Notes: a model not told the origin generated them from the sequence alone. 63,068 nucleotides of DNA, filler included, from Octopus bimaculoides (GCF_001194135.2; 6 parts of 6 records of this genome joined end to end with filler, not necessarily neighbours in it), one strand, 5' to 3'; shown: positions 40,355 to 53,227, counted from the whole stretch's first letter. Program-made: numbers and translations.

Positions 40355-40912
40355 TGTGTTCCTCTGCAATCTTTCCTCTCTCGAAACATTAGAAACTGTT
40401 CCCGACATTCAATGCATTTACCCCACTTGCTACAATTAGCAGTCAAATCTTCCCAGGTACTCTACCGTCTTAAAAGTAATTACACATTATAGCTCTCAAT
40501 CTATTAAACAAGCAGATGATAAAGGTTTGAATGCCTATGATCAAATACAATCTCCTATCAGGCCTGAACTGAGGACGAATAACAATTACAATAACAATTT
40601 TTTCCGACCATTCATTTTACACCCTTTCCCTATGAAATCTCAGTCAAGACATTCTCTTATAATTCTTATCACCCTTTCCTTTTTATTCTCTCTTTTCCTC
40701 ATATCTTACTAGTTACAATATACCCATCCTGTCAATATATCCACTATCCACTTAACTATTTGTTTCTCATGCAGAAAGAATTTCAGTCATTCTTTTAAGA
40801 TGTCTATCCCATTAATTTCTCCACTCAAAATTTAGGTCGCAAGTACTGGTATTTCACAATGCCTGAAGGTCTCAAAGTATTTATCAAAGATCAGGGACTC
40901 TTTCTATCTATC

Positions 40913-40948
<36 letters not shown>

Positions 40949-41516
40949 NNNNNNNNNNNNNNNNNNNNNNNNNNNNNNNNNNNNNNNNNNNNNNNNNNNN
41001 NNNNNNNNNNNNNNNNNNNNNNNNNNNNNNNNNNNNNNNNNNNNNNNNNNNNNNNNNNNNNNNNNNNNNNNNNNNNNNNNNNNNNNNNNNNNNNNNNNNN
41101 NNNNNNNNNNNNNNNNNNNNNNNNNNNNNNNNNNNNNNNNNNNNNNNNNNNNNNNNNNNNNNNNNNNNNNNNNNNNNNNNNNNNNNNNNNNNNNNNNNNN
41201 NNNNNNNNNNNNNNNNNNNNNNNNNNNNNNNNNNNNNNNNNNNNNNNNNNNNNNNNNNNNNNNNNNNNNNNNNNNNNNNNNNNNNNNNNNNNNNNNNNNN
41301 NNNNNNNNNNNNNNNNNNNNNNNNNNNNNNNNNNNNNNNNNNNNNNNNNNNNNNNNNNNNNNNNNNNNNNNNNNNNNNNNNNNNNNNNNNNNNNNNNNNN
41401 NNNNNNNNNNNNNNNNNNNNNNNNNNNNNNNNNNNNNNNNNNNNNNNNNNNNNNNNNNNNNNNNNNNNNNNNNNNNNNNNNNNNNNNNNNNNNNNNNTAT
41501 ATATATATATATTCAT

Positions 41517-41675
41517 ATGACGGGCTTCTTTCAGTTTCCATCTACTAAATCCACTCACAAGGCTTTGGTCGGCCCGAGGCTGTAGTAGAAGACACTTGCC
41601 CAAGGTGTCACGCAGTGGGACTGAACCCAGAACCATGTGGTTGGTAAGCAAGCTACTTACCACACAGCCACTCCT
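41517..41675 (-). mobile_element. SINE family B, 5' half
   Basis: Reverse complement reads aggagtggctgtgtggtaagtagcttgcttaccaaccacatggttctgggttcagtcccactgcg (A and B boxes). The rest lies in the gap. Confidence 0.85.
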
Positions 41676-42167
41676 GTGTAAATAATAAAAGAAAAACGGA
41701 GAACAAACAAAAACAACAACTACGCGATGACGTGGTACATGTAAAGTATTAGCAGACGCTCAGAGGTGGAAAGAAAGGTGGTTTTACTGCTCGGGAAGAA
41801 TGGAAAAGTCTTTGACGTTTCGAGCCTACGCTCTTCGACAAAAGGGTTGAGAGGAAAAAATGAAGGGAGAACGAAAAAAGCGGAGAGACAAAATTGTGTA
41901 GGGATTAACAGTTCAACATGATGTATTTGTGTGCGTGGCGTGTATATATTGTTGTGTCTGAGGAGAGTCGTTCTCTTTTAGTGCCATATTATTTAACACA
42001 CTCAATAGTTGTTGAAATGTTTGCAAGACGAAACGAAAATTTTAGGAAAAATAAATAAGTAAATGAGNNNNNNNNNNNNNNNNNNNNNNNNNNNNNNNNN
42101 NNNNNNNNNNNTTAATTAATTAANNNNNNNNNNNNNNNNNNNNNNNNNNNNNNNNNNNNNNNNNNNN

Positions 42168-42222
<55 letters not shown>

Positions 42223-42533
42223 TACATATATATGTATGCTTGTGTTTGTGCGCATGTATGCGTGCGTGTGTGTGTAAATTAGATTTCCATACAAGGGAAA
42301 CTTGTAGTTAATAGTGGTTCAGATTTCCATGAAAGTGTCTGCATAAAAGTGTTTCATATATGATTTCATTGTGTCTTTTCTAAGATTTCCTCACTTACTA
42401 TTGTAATTCGGTGCAAGGGAAGCAGTTTTCAATTAATATATGGATAGATATATATAGATATAAATATAGATAGATGACTATTGTTATAAGTAGATAAATA
42501 TGAATAGATAGGTAGGAACGTAGATAGATAAAG

Positions 42534-42567
<34 letters not shown>

Positions 42568-42585
42568 GCAGACAGACAGACAGAC

Positions 42586-42619
<34 letters not shown>

Positions 42620-43599
42620 AAATTTATTTTTGAAAACTGAATTATGCACCGTCAAGAAGAAATAGTCAATATATAACCAACGTAGAATGAGTAGGTTTAT
42701 AATTATATGTCGAGTATATAAAAATCGACATTTACAGAACGATCATAACATTTCCTTATCTCTTCTGAATGTCGACTTAATAGGAAGTAAAGATGAAATA
42801 TGAAATGTGAATTTTATGTGATTGAAATTCGTGCTTAAAGGAAAATGTAGAAAGAGGGTTTAGGGATTTACACAAGTTAAGGATGATGGAGATGAATAGG
42901 TATGAGAAAACTTGAAAACAGGAATAATTCCCCAAATTGATGGAAAGATAAAACATTTATGAATAACTATTTAACAGACACAGACATGCCAAAAGTGAAA
43001 TAGATATTGCTCTTTCATGAGAAGCAGATCGGTTTGCAATATTTGTCTGTCTTCAACTTGAATGAAGTTACGAATCTTCTTAGACTTACGAGATTTGAGC
43101 AAACTGTATATCGTAACCGTCCATGGTGAAAAGATTGCACGAATTAATGGAACCCTCGTGTGTTTAGCCCTAGAAAGTATATCTAAATTAAAATGAAAGG
43201 ACATCGAATTATTCTTTAATTCTCCGAAAGTAAAACGGTTTATTTATTTCGTTTAGATTTCTAAAGGAATATGTCTGGAAACAAGCTAATTTTGAATACT
43301 CGTGTGCAATCCGATCAATGTTGATAAAGTACCAGTCACGTACAGTGATCAATATAATCAAATAATCTCCTCGCCGTTTGTCTGTGCTAAAGTTAACTTG
43401 ACAAAATGATTACGATGTCTTTGTGATCTATATTTGTTGAATTCAAATATCGCTGTGGTCAACTTTGACTTTCATAAAGTACTTTCTCGAATATTGGATT
43501 TGATGTTATGTCTCACCCCTTCACAAAATTTGGCTAACCTTGGGCCAAAATTTGAAGCATTTACTAATATTATTTTCGAGTGAGGGTGCAGCGCATGCC

Positions 43600-44090
43600 A
43601 GCAAAGTGACAATGGAGTACAAATATACGAAGCTCCATATATCCATCTTGACTAACCGTCTGATAAAGGTACACTAGGCACATGCATCACAACCATATGT
43701 GCGCGATATGGTGATCACATATCAAGATAAACAGTGCATTACCTTGAAGGTGGGGCCCAGTTAGAACTTTCTTCAAGTCGAGTAGCCCATCCCTGAATAA
43801 GGATTGTTTAAGGATGTTGAACGAAACACCCATGTTTTCACAGGTGAATTATTTAAACACCAAAAATGTCCTCTCAACTCGTGGCTATGATGATCCCCCA
43901 CCACTTTTGATCGTGATCTGAGATGAACATATCGTCAGCCACCAAGGGACATGCTCGACTGGTTAAGGTCAAGCAACTGACAAGCAAATCTATGGTATTG
44001 AGCAGAATATTTGCCGTAGACCATCCTTTATACCAAGACAAAACAATGCACATGATAACACTTCCAATCAGCTAATATCAGAAGCCATGA
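43600..44090. repeat. Unclassified interspersed repeat, with inverted partial copies at about 33945-34120, 46770-46945 and 50985-51160
   Basis: Blocks such as gggcccagttagaa, ggacatgctcgactggttaaggtcaagcaactgacaagcaaatct and tggctatgatgatcccc recur in reverse complement at the listed sites. Confidence 0.7.
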
Positions 44091-44122
44091 GAGCCACTGG
44101 TTGGTACTGCATCAGTACCACT

Positions 44123-44450
<328 letters not shown>

Positions 44451-45257
44451 TTCATTATTGTTCTTTTGTTGTTACTACTACTACTGATACGACTACTACT
44501 ACTACCTGCTGCTGCTGCTGCTGTTGTTATTAAGCTACACACTTTCAATGAGTCACTGAAAATGCGAGGCTACTTTAAAAGATATCACAAAGAACACTAT
44601 ATTATGTAGCCGTAGGTAATTTCACACGATGTATTTGTTGCTGTTGTTGATGTAGCTGTTGCTGATTTTGCTGTTCAGCCAAAGGTCAGATCTGAAAAGG
44701 GAGACCTTATGAGGAAGGCCCTGAAGCGCTGACAAACCCATTTTATTTTCAATATATGCAATACGATATAGAACTTCTCCCAAGCTTGCAAAATTACATA
44801 AGATATTGAAAATATAAGTACACATATTGCTTAAAAGATTTTGTAGTATATTTTGATAGAACTTGGTTGTTATTTCTAGTAGGTCAAAAGACTACGCAGA
44901 GAATTCTTTGTTGACAGAACAGTACTTTTATATTCAAGACTGAAGATGTATTCAGAACTCTTTATTTTGTATATGATTAACAGCGAAACATTTGGTCGTA
45001 AGTTTTTGCTTATAAGTAAAATAACGTGTTGTCATGTATATTCTATTAATAATTATTCGAAGAAAAAAGAGGGGAAAAACAAATATATTGCTACAAGACG
45101 TTTATTTTCTTTCAGCTGTAACTATGGTTAATATATACACTGTGCTTCTGGCTATTTGGTGTGAAATATCATCAGTGAAATGGAAAATATCAAACAACTT
45201 GCATTAGACCACCAGGTAAATGATATCGACAAATACAACGATAATAAGCATGGCAAC

Positions 45258-45260
45258 ATT

Positions 45261-45298
<38 letters not shown>

Positions 45299-46290
45299 AT
45301 GGGAGTGGTAGTGGTTGTTGTGTTGGTGCCGATGTCGCAGGTAGTGGCACTGGTGCTGAGATGCTGGTGGTGGTGATGGTGGTGGTTGTGATGGTGTTGA
45401 TGTGGTCAGAGTAGTGACGGTGGAGGTGGTGAGTACTTCAACCGGTAGAATTGTTGGTGGCATTGATGACAATGGTGCTGGTGATAATATCATGGAGGTG
45501 ACGGTGGTGCTACTACAGGCGGTGTTGCTGGTCGTATAGTTAATGTTGTTGGCACTGCAGTTAATGTTGGTGGTGCCGTAGGTGGTGGTGCTTTCAACGA
45601 TGATGGCTGCAATTTTGGCGGCGGTGCCGACGCTGCAGGAAGGAATAGGAATGGTATTATACGTTGCTGTGCTTGTGCTGCAAGTGATGGTGGTGGTGGT
45701 GGTGGTGATGGTGGTCGTGCTGCTGCTACTGCTGCTGATTATAGAGGTGTTGCTGTTGTTGTTGTTGGTGGTGGCATTGGTGTTGGTGTTGGTGTTGGTG
45801 TTACTGTTGCTGATGTTGTAGTATAAGTGGTAGCGATGGTGGTGCTAGTGTTGATAATGGTGATGGTGGTGGTGGTGGTAGTAGTTGCGGTGATGGTGGC
45901 AGTGGTAGTGGCGGTGATGATGATGGTGGCTGTGGATGTGGTGGTGGTGGTGATGGTGGTTGTGTTGGTGGTGACGATGACGGTAATGAATGTAGTGGAG
46001 GTATTGGTGATGATGGTGGAGTTAATGGCGGTGATGGTGATGGCGGTGATGGTAGTGGTGGTAGTGCTTGTGATGATGTTGGTGGTGGTAATAGTGGTGG
46101 TGGTGATTGTGTCTGTGGTAGTTGCAGTGGTGGCACTACTGCTGCTGCAGTGGACGGTGATGTGTTGCTGATGATGGTGTTGTTACTGATGATGCTGATG
46201 GTAATGTTGACGCAGATGGTAGTTGTATTGGTTGGGCTTGTGCTAATGGTAATGGTGCAGGTGGTAATGATGGTAGTGGGGTAGGGTGGA
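45258..46290. repeat. Degenerate (GGT/GAT/GTT) trinucleotide low-complexity tract
   Basis: About 1 kb of gtggtg/gatggt/gttgtt. It explains the poly-V/M and poly-P/S ORFs in the track. Shorter similar tracts lie at 3775-4070 (other strand) and 10976-11085. Confidence 0.9.
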
Positions 46291-46588
46291 TACCCCTATT
46301 TTTGCATATTTTATAGTGCAAGATATGCATTCATCCAGAAGGAGATGTCAAATTCTTGCAACTATGCCTGCAAGGAAGTATTTTATCTCTGATGTTATTA
46401 AGTACCGGAAGGTGTTTTTGGTGATTAAACTAAGATAATCTTTGAATAAAGCAAAAACCCAGCAACGCTTGAAGTGACATTAAAATTGCGCCAAGTATAT
46501 ACTTATGCATCAGCTATATTTATGATACATCATTAAAGTATATCACAGTTAATTATAGTGATTGTGAAACAATAACGTTAGAAAATTC

Positions 46589-46625
<37 letters not shown>

Positions 46626-46959
46626 GACAATACGAAGAGCACGATGCAATTGTCATAGATATTTTATTGGTTGAACGGTACTCCGACAGCTAGCCTGACT
46701 TTGCCGAGTTCAACATGAAAAGTGATACATAAAAATTCAAAATTATAGAAATTCAAATTAAAAATATTCTACTCAATACCACAGATTTGCTTGTCAGTTG
46801 TTTGACCTTAACCAGTCGGGCATGTCTCTTATTGGCTGACGATATGTGCATCTCTGATCACGAGCAGAAGTAGTGGAGGAGCATCATAGCCATGTGTTGA
46901 GAGGAATTCTTTGGGGTTTGGATAATTCGCCTTTGGAAACAAGCGATAGTTGATGACAG

Positions 46960-47240
46960 ATGCGATATACGCATTAGCCACCTCTGCCTGACATTTCAGT
47001 GATAACTTTCTCTCAGCTATTTCTGGGTGAGGGTAGTCGCCCTATTCCTTACCTCGTCCCAGTTTTTGTCCATCTGGAGGTCCGAACCAAACCAGACCCC
47101 GAGTAATTTAACCTGTCCGTCCATCCAGCGCCCAACGACGCACTTGGACGACATGGACTTGTTTCTCCAGGTGCCGAGCCAAAAGCCCATTGATTTTTCC
47201 TGGTTAATTTCCCCTCCTGAAACCACATCGTAGTCCCTGA
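46960..47240 (-). mobile_element. Tx1-like LINE RT C-terminal fragment
   Basis: VSGGEINQEKSMGFWLGTWRNKSM..VVGRWMDGQVKLLGVWFGSDLQMDKNWDEVRNRATTLTQK (IN..KS and KLLGVWF motifs). Confidence 0.8.
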
Positions 47241-47329
47241 ACTTCTATCTTGTTGTCTCTTGAGGTCTCTGGGTGAAACTTGGGGCCAACTTGTACAAAT
47301 GCAAAGCAAAAGTCAAACACAGTATAATG

Positions 47330-48336
47330 AGCAGAAGAAAAAACAAACAATGAAAAGGCCCCTTGGATTGATAGAATATCTACAGACTTAGACTCCTTAG
47401 AGGGGGAGGAGCAAAAGTGGGAGGGTGTCAAGGTAAAAGATATAAGATCTGCTCTCAGGAGGTTAAGCAAATGGAAGTCTCCAGGAAAGGATAAAATTCT
47501 TAACTTCTGGTTGAATGCCTTCCCTGCCTTCCCAGAGAGCCATGAACAGAACTTTACAACGATGTTTTGAAACACTCTAGTATGATAACCTCTTGGCTAG
47601 TTAATGGTTTAACATTCTTGCTTCCAAAAAACGTAGAAACAAATGAACCAAAAAATTATAGACCCATAAACTGCTTAACATCAGTGTATAAAACGCTAAC
47701 ATCTGTCACTGGGTAATTTGCAAAAGTCTATAATTGCCCCATGATAAAAACTGGTGGGAACACAAACCACCTCCAGTGCTTGAAAATGGTCACATCTCAC
47801 TCCTCTGGAACTTCATTCAAACTGACAGAACGATAGAAGCAAATAGGCCAGAAATCATACTGAAAGACTTCAGACAAAAATCATGCCTCCTCATTGAAAT
47901 GACTGCCCCAATCGACATAAATGTGTCTGTCAAGGCCTACCAAAAACTGAGCAAGTATAAAGATCTTGAAATAGAAATTAGCAAAATGTGGAACCTGAAG
48001 ACTAAAACAATACCTGTTGTCATAGGTGCTCTGGGAATGATAGCAAAAGGAGCTGATTGCTCAGGTACTAGGAAACCCCAAAATTGCAGAAATTCAAAAG
48101 ATTGTGCGCATGGGACCTGTCCATAACCTACGCAAAATACTTTCTATGTAATCTCAAGTTTTAAAACAAACACAATTTTCTTATGGTTTCTAAAGACATT
48201 CTCTAAAACAACACTATGTACAGAACCAAATATATGGCACCCTAGGAATAACACCAACATGAACTTCTAACTTGTTGTCTCTTGAGGTCTCCGGGTGTGA
48301 CTCGGAGCCAACTTGTACAAATGTAAAGCAAAAGTC

Positions 48337-48340
<4 letters not shown>
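47330..48340 (+). mobile_element. Internally deleted R4/Dong-like RLE LINE with 3' UTR and (AAT)n tail
   Basis: SKWKSPGKDKILNFWL and LLPKN.ETNEPKNYRPI (RT start) jump to WWEHKPPPVLEN..IQTDRTIEANRPEIILKDFRQKSCLLIEMTAPIDINV..KLSKYKDLEIEISKMWNLKTKTIPVVIGALG (RLE domain). The 3' UTR ends in (AAT)n from about 48337. A second copy of this 3' UTR lies at about 47240-47320. Confidence 0.9.
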
Positions 48341-48429
<89 letters not shown>

Positions 48430-48462
48430 AAGAAGAAGAAGAAGAAGAAGAAGAAGAAGAAG
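48337..48462. repeat. (AAT)n(AAG)n compound microsatellite, representative of dozens of arrays
   Basis: Read directly. Other examples: (TC)n 181-243, (TA)n(TAGA)n 537-637, (ATCT)n(TC)n 4270-4440, (TG)n 18182-18231, (AG)n 25267-25363, (AAT)n 34134-34211, (ATC)n(ATT)n 44124-44248, (GAT)n(GAC)n 49866-49950, (AGT)n 54130-54225. Confidence 0.95.
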
Positions 48463-48647
48463 AATCCTTTCTGCTATGGGCACAAGGCAATTTGGGAGAG
48501 GGGGACTAGTCGATTATATTGACTCCAAGTGTTTCACTGGTACTTAATTTCTCGTCCCCGAAAGGATGAAAGGCAAAGTTGACCTCGACGGAATTTGAAC
48601 TAATAATAATAATAATTATTATTATAATAATTATAACAATAATAATA

Positions 48648-48678
<31 letters not shown>

Positions 48679-49305
48679 TNNNNNNNNNNNNNNNNNNNNN
48701 NNNNNNNNNNNNNNNNNNNNNNNNNNNNNNNNNNNNNNNNNNNNNNNNNNNNNNNNNNNNNNNNNNNNNNNNNNNNNNNNNNNNNNNNNNNNNNNNNNNN
48801 NNNNNNNNNNNNNNNNNNNNNNNNNNNNNNNNNNNNNNNNNNNNNNNNNNNNNNNNNNNNNNNNNNNNNNNNNNNNNNNNNNNNNNNNNNNNNNNNNNNN
48901 NNNNNNNNNNNNNNNNNNNNNNNNNNNNNNNNNNNNNNNNNNNNNNNNNNNNNNNNNNNNNNNNNNNNNNNNNNNNNNNNNNNNNNNNNNNNNNNNNNNN
49001 NNNNNNNNNNNNNNNNNNNNNNNNNNNNNNNNNNNNNNNNNNNNNNNNNNNNNNNNNNNNNNNNNNNNNNNNNNNNNNNNNNNNNNNNNNNNNNNNNNNN
49101 NNNNNNNNNNNNNNNNNNNNNNNNNNNNNNNNNNNNNNNNNNNNNNNNNNNNNNNNNNNNNNNNNNNNNNNNNNNNNNNNNNNNNNNNNNNNNNNNNNNN
49201 NNNNNNNNNNNNNNNNNNNNNNNNNNNNNNNNNNNNNNNNNNNNNNNNNNNNNNNNNNNNNNNNNNNNNNNNNNNNNNNNNNNNNNNNNNNNNNNNNNNN
49301 NNNNN

Positions 49306-49615
49306 AGATAACTCGAATGTGGAATCTAAAAACAGAAACAATTCCTATCATAGTAGGTGCCTTAGGTATAATAAAAAAATATTCAGACAAATACATAACA
49401 AAAATAGCAGGACTTACAAATATATATAACATACAGAAAATTGCACTACTGGGTACTGCACACATTCTACGCAAAACACTTTCAATACAGTAAACATAAG
49501 AGCACCACAGCAAACCACAGCACATACCCAAGGCGCACAGAGCTGCGCTCGGTAGTGAAGTGAAAGCACGTTATAAAAATAAAACTACTGAATAATAATA
49601 ATAATAATAATAACA
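49306..49615 (+). mobile_element. 3' end of a second RLE LINE subfamily with (AAT)n tail
   Basis: ITRMWNLKTETIPIIVGALGIIKKYSDKYITKIAGLTNIYNIQKIALLGTAHILRKTLSIQ*, then a different 3' UTR ending in aataataat. The 5' side runs into an N gap. Confidence 0.9.
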
Positions 49616-49649
49616 ATGATAAAATAATAATAATAATGAAGATGATGAT

Positions 49650-49860
49650 GATGGCGAATTCAAATTTTGACACAATTCCAGGGTAAGGGTAACTCGAATA
49701 CATCAATCCCAGTGCAGAAGTGGTATTTATTTCATCGACCCCTAAAAGGATGAAAGGCAATCCAATGTGAGGGGAAGGTGAACTCAGAAGATAAAGACGA
49801 ATGAAACGTCTCTAAGCCTTTAGCTTGGTGACCTAACGATTCTACCTGATCGCTACCTAA
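49650..49860 (-). mobile_element. Diverged SINE family A copy (further partial copies at about 2735-2900, 3330-3560, 32060-32140, 38900-39020, 43300-43480, 48464-48600, 62535-62680)
   Basis: All share the ggatgaaaggcaaagtcgacctcggcggaatttgaactc core in variable states of decay. Confidence 0.7.
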
Positions 49861-49866
49861 ATAATA

Positions 49867-49937
<71 letters not shown>

Positions 49938-50359
49938 TACGACGACGACGTTGATGATAATAATAATAATCTATAAATAATTTCAGAAATGACGAGCAGG
50001 GAAACATTTGAAAATATAATTTCTTATTCATAAGCTGTCAGAGACTAAGGGGGCTAACGAGAATCGGAAACAATGAGACCAACTCAATTGAAAGCGATAA
50101 GCTATTTTCTTCTCTCCTATTTCATGACTTTAAACAAAGGACGGAAGATGAAATGCGAACTTAAAGTATAGTGAATGTTAATCACGAAAGAAATACTACA
50201 CAGGTAATTGAACTGAGTACATATATAAGAATAGAGTTCGCTAACGATATCAAATGATACTTTAGCTGCAGTTAACAATAGCAAGTTATATAATAGCTGA
50301 CAGGAAATTAATTCTTGAACAATAGAAATAAAACTGAACATCGTAATACAAACACATAC

Positions 50360-50393
<34 letters not shown>

Positions 50394-50493
50394 NNNNNNN
50401 NNNNNNNNNNNNNNNNNNNNNNNNNNNNNNNNNNNNNTTAATTAATTAANNNNNNNNNNNNNNNNNNNNNNNNNNNNNNNNNNNNNNNNNNNN

Positions 50494-50750
50494 GGACCGG
50501 GCTGCGTGTTGTGTTCTTGAGCAAGACACTGTATTTCACTCAGCTGTAGAAATGAGTTGTGACGTCACAGGTGCCAAGCAGTATCAGCCTTTGCCTTTCC
50601 CTTGGATAACACTGGTGGTGTGGAGAGGGGAGGCTGGTATGCATGGGCGACTGCTGGTCTTCCATAAACAACCAACCTTACCCGGACTTGTGCCTGGGAG
50701 GGTAACTTTCTAAGTGCAATCTCATGGTCAGTCATGATCGAAGGGGGTCT
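50494..50750 (+). mobile_element. SINE-like repeat with CORE-like central block
   Basis: gtgttgtgttcttgagcaagacact..cactcagctgtagaaatgagt resembles the central domain of CORE-type SINEs; the 5' end is at a gap. A related element lies at 51588-51917 (gagttcaattcc B-box, gtgtccttaagcaagac). Confidence 0.5.
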
Positions 50751-52359
50751 CATGCAAAGATGGATAAAACACTGCTAAGCATTTTGCTTAGCACTACTTT
50801 AATAATAAGAAACCTTTATATTTTTGTCTTTGGCCAATAAGCATTATTTCCTATTTACTTTTATCTTGAAATCAAAGGAAATGACTACTATTCCCTTCAA
50901 ACTTTGCTTTTCTGACCTGGACATCAATATTTTGAAACTGACCTATTTTCCATTACATTTCAAACAGATTCAGCTCTGAGTTGCTGAAGCAGAAATATCG
51001 TTATAGCAAATATTCTGTCAGTTGCTTGACCTTAACCACTTAAGGATGTCCCTTAATGGTTAACAATATGTGGATCTCTGATGATAAGCAGGAGTAGCTG
51101 GGGAGCATCATAGCCCCATGAGTTGAGAGGGATTCTTTGGGGTTTGAATAAACGTAAGGAAAACAAACTTGGAAGGAAATATTGGCCATCTTTCATACTT
51201 TCTAGCAGTAAGCAAATAGAAAATAGTAGCTGCTACCAAGGACAAAAATCCTGTTACACACTGTAATATAAAGTTCCAGACAAATGCCGGAACTGAGTTA
51301 ATATTCCTAGAAGACACATACCAAAGGTGTCGTGAAGTAGGACTGAACCTAAAATCACATGATCTGAAATTGAACTTATCAATACAGCTATGTCTGTACA
51401 TGTAGTAGCAGAGATTTTAATGACATTATAATTGAAAATTAAGACTAACTCTATCTTTCTTCCTGCTAAGGTTGATAAAATGAAATATTAGTGAAATACT
51501 AGGGTTAATTTTTTATTCCTACAAGGTCTCAAAATGTGAATGTAACCATCAAAAGCCATCACAATGTCTTTTATCCTTCCATAAGGGAAGGTGTGTGGAT
51601 TATGGGTTAAGGTATTCAGCTTACAATCATAAGGTAACGAGTTCAATTCCTGATACTGCACAGTGTCCTTAAGCAAGACTTATCTTAAAACTATTTCTCG
51701 ATGCTCCAATTCACTCAACTAGCAAAAATAAGTTGTGCCCATAATTCAAAGGGCCAGCCCTGTTACACTCTGCTTCATGCTGAATCTCCATGGGAACTAC
51801 ATTATGGGTAAGCATGCCTGTGGAGTGTTCAGCCACTCGCACATTAACTTCATGAGCAGGCTATATAGTTGACCAAATTAACTGGAACACTTGTCATCAT
51901 AACTGATGGGGAGCCAGGCAAAGATGCTGATAAGATAGATTACAAATGAAGCACAGGGATGGATTTAATATTTAGTTCATCACCCACTTGTCACCCTTTA
52001 TGCGCATCACATGCTCACATGAATGCAGACTCTATCTGACACACAGCAGCCCATTCCTCTAAAACACAGCTCTTGTCTCCTTACTAAGGTGAATAGCAAA
52101 TAATTGTAAACCTACCTGTGTGAGCTGAGACAATTTTGCTGTTGGGCCCTAAAAGGGGGAAAGGGTCCCCATAGTAAAGGTTCAGATCGATAATTTGTTG
52201 ATCATCATCATAGATGTTGAAAACTCGCCAGTCGATTCGAATATCTAAAAAGAGAGGAGGAAGAAGAGGCAGAAGAGGTTGTAGTAGTAAATATTAAGTA
52301 AATGTTACGAAATGTGAATTTTATTTATCACCTGATCATCATCATCATCATCATAAATT

Positions 52360-52890
52360 TAATATCCAATTTTCCATGCTTGCATGAGTCAGAAGGAATT
52401 TATGGAGACAGATTATCTACAGCTGGATGCTCTACCTGTGGCCAACCCTCACCTGTCTTCATGCACGGCAGTGTTTCTCCAAGGTCAGAAATATTTTCAC
52501 TGAAGTTTGGAAACGGCTACAAGCACATCCAATTGGGTCAAATGCTCACTTACCAAATTCAGCCAAATTTTACATGGGTTGGACGATTTGACTGAGGACT
52601 GGTGCAACCGGATGGCTACACCAGGCTCCAATCTAATTTGGCAGAGTTTCTACAGCTGGATGCCCTTCCTAACACCAACCACTCAGAGAGTGTAGTGGGT
52701 GCTTTTACGTGTCACCCGCACGAAAACGGCCACGCTCAAAATGGTGTCTTTTATGTGCCACCCGCACAAGAGCCAGTCCAGGAGCACTGGCAATGATCTC
52801 ACTCGAAAACCCTACAAGGCCAGTCAGGTGGTACTGGCAACGGTCACGCTCAGGATCGTTGCCAGTACCGCCTGACTGGCCTTGTAGGCC
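52360..52890 (+). repeat. Unclassified interspersed repeat family (ctacagctggatgcccttcctaacaccaaccac), with inverted copies at about 53520-53790 and 55480-55660
   Basis: Direct sequence similarity among the three loci. Confidence 0.7.
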
Positions 52891-53166
52891 TATNNNNNNN
52901 NNNNNNNNNNNNNNNNNNNNNNNNNNNNNNNNNNNNNNNNNNNNNNNNNNNNNNNNNNNNNNNNNNNNNNNNNNNNNNNNNNNNNNNNNNNNNNNNNNNN
53001 NNNNNNNNNNNNNNNNNNNNNNNNNNNNNNNNNNNNNNNNNNNNNNNNNNNNNNNNNNNNNNNNNNNNNNNNNNNNNNNNNNNNNNNNNNNNNNNNNNNN
53101 NNNNNNNNNNNNNNNNNNNNNNNNNNNNNNNNNNNNNNNNNNNNNNNNNNNNNNNNNNNNNNNNNN

Positions 53167-53227
<61 letters not shown>

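Noticed and set aside
45582-46330. Pro/Ser-rich and Val/Met-rich ORFs resembling extensin or membrane proteins
   Set aside because: All frames on both strands stay open because of the GGT/GAT trinucleotide tract; there is no unique sequence or splice context.
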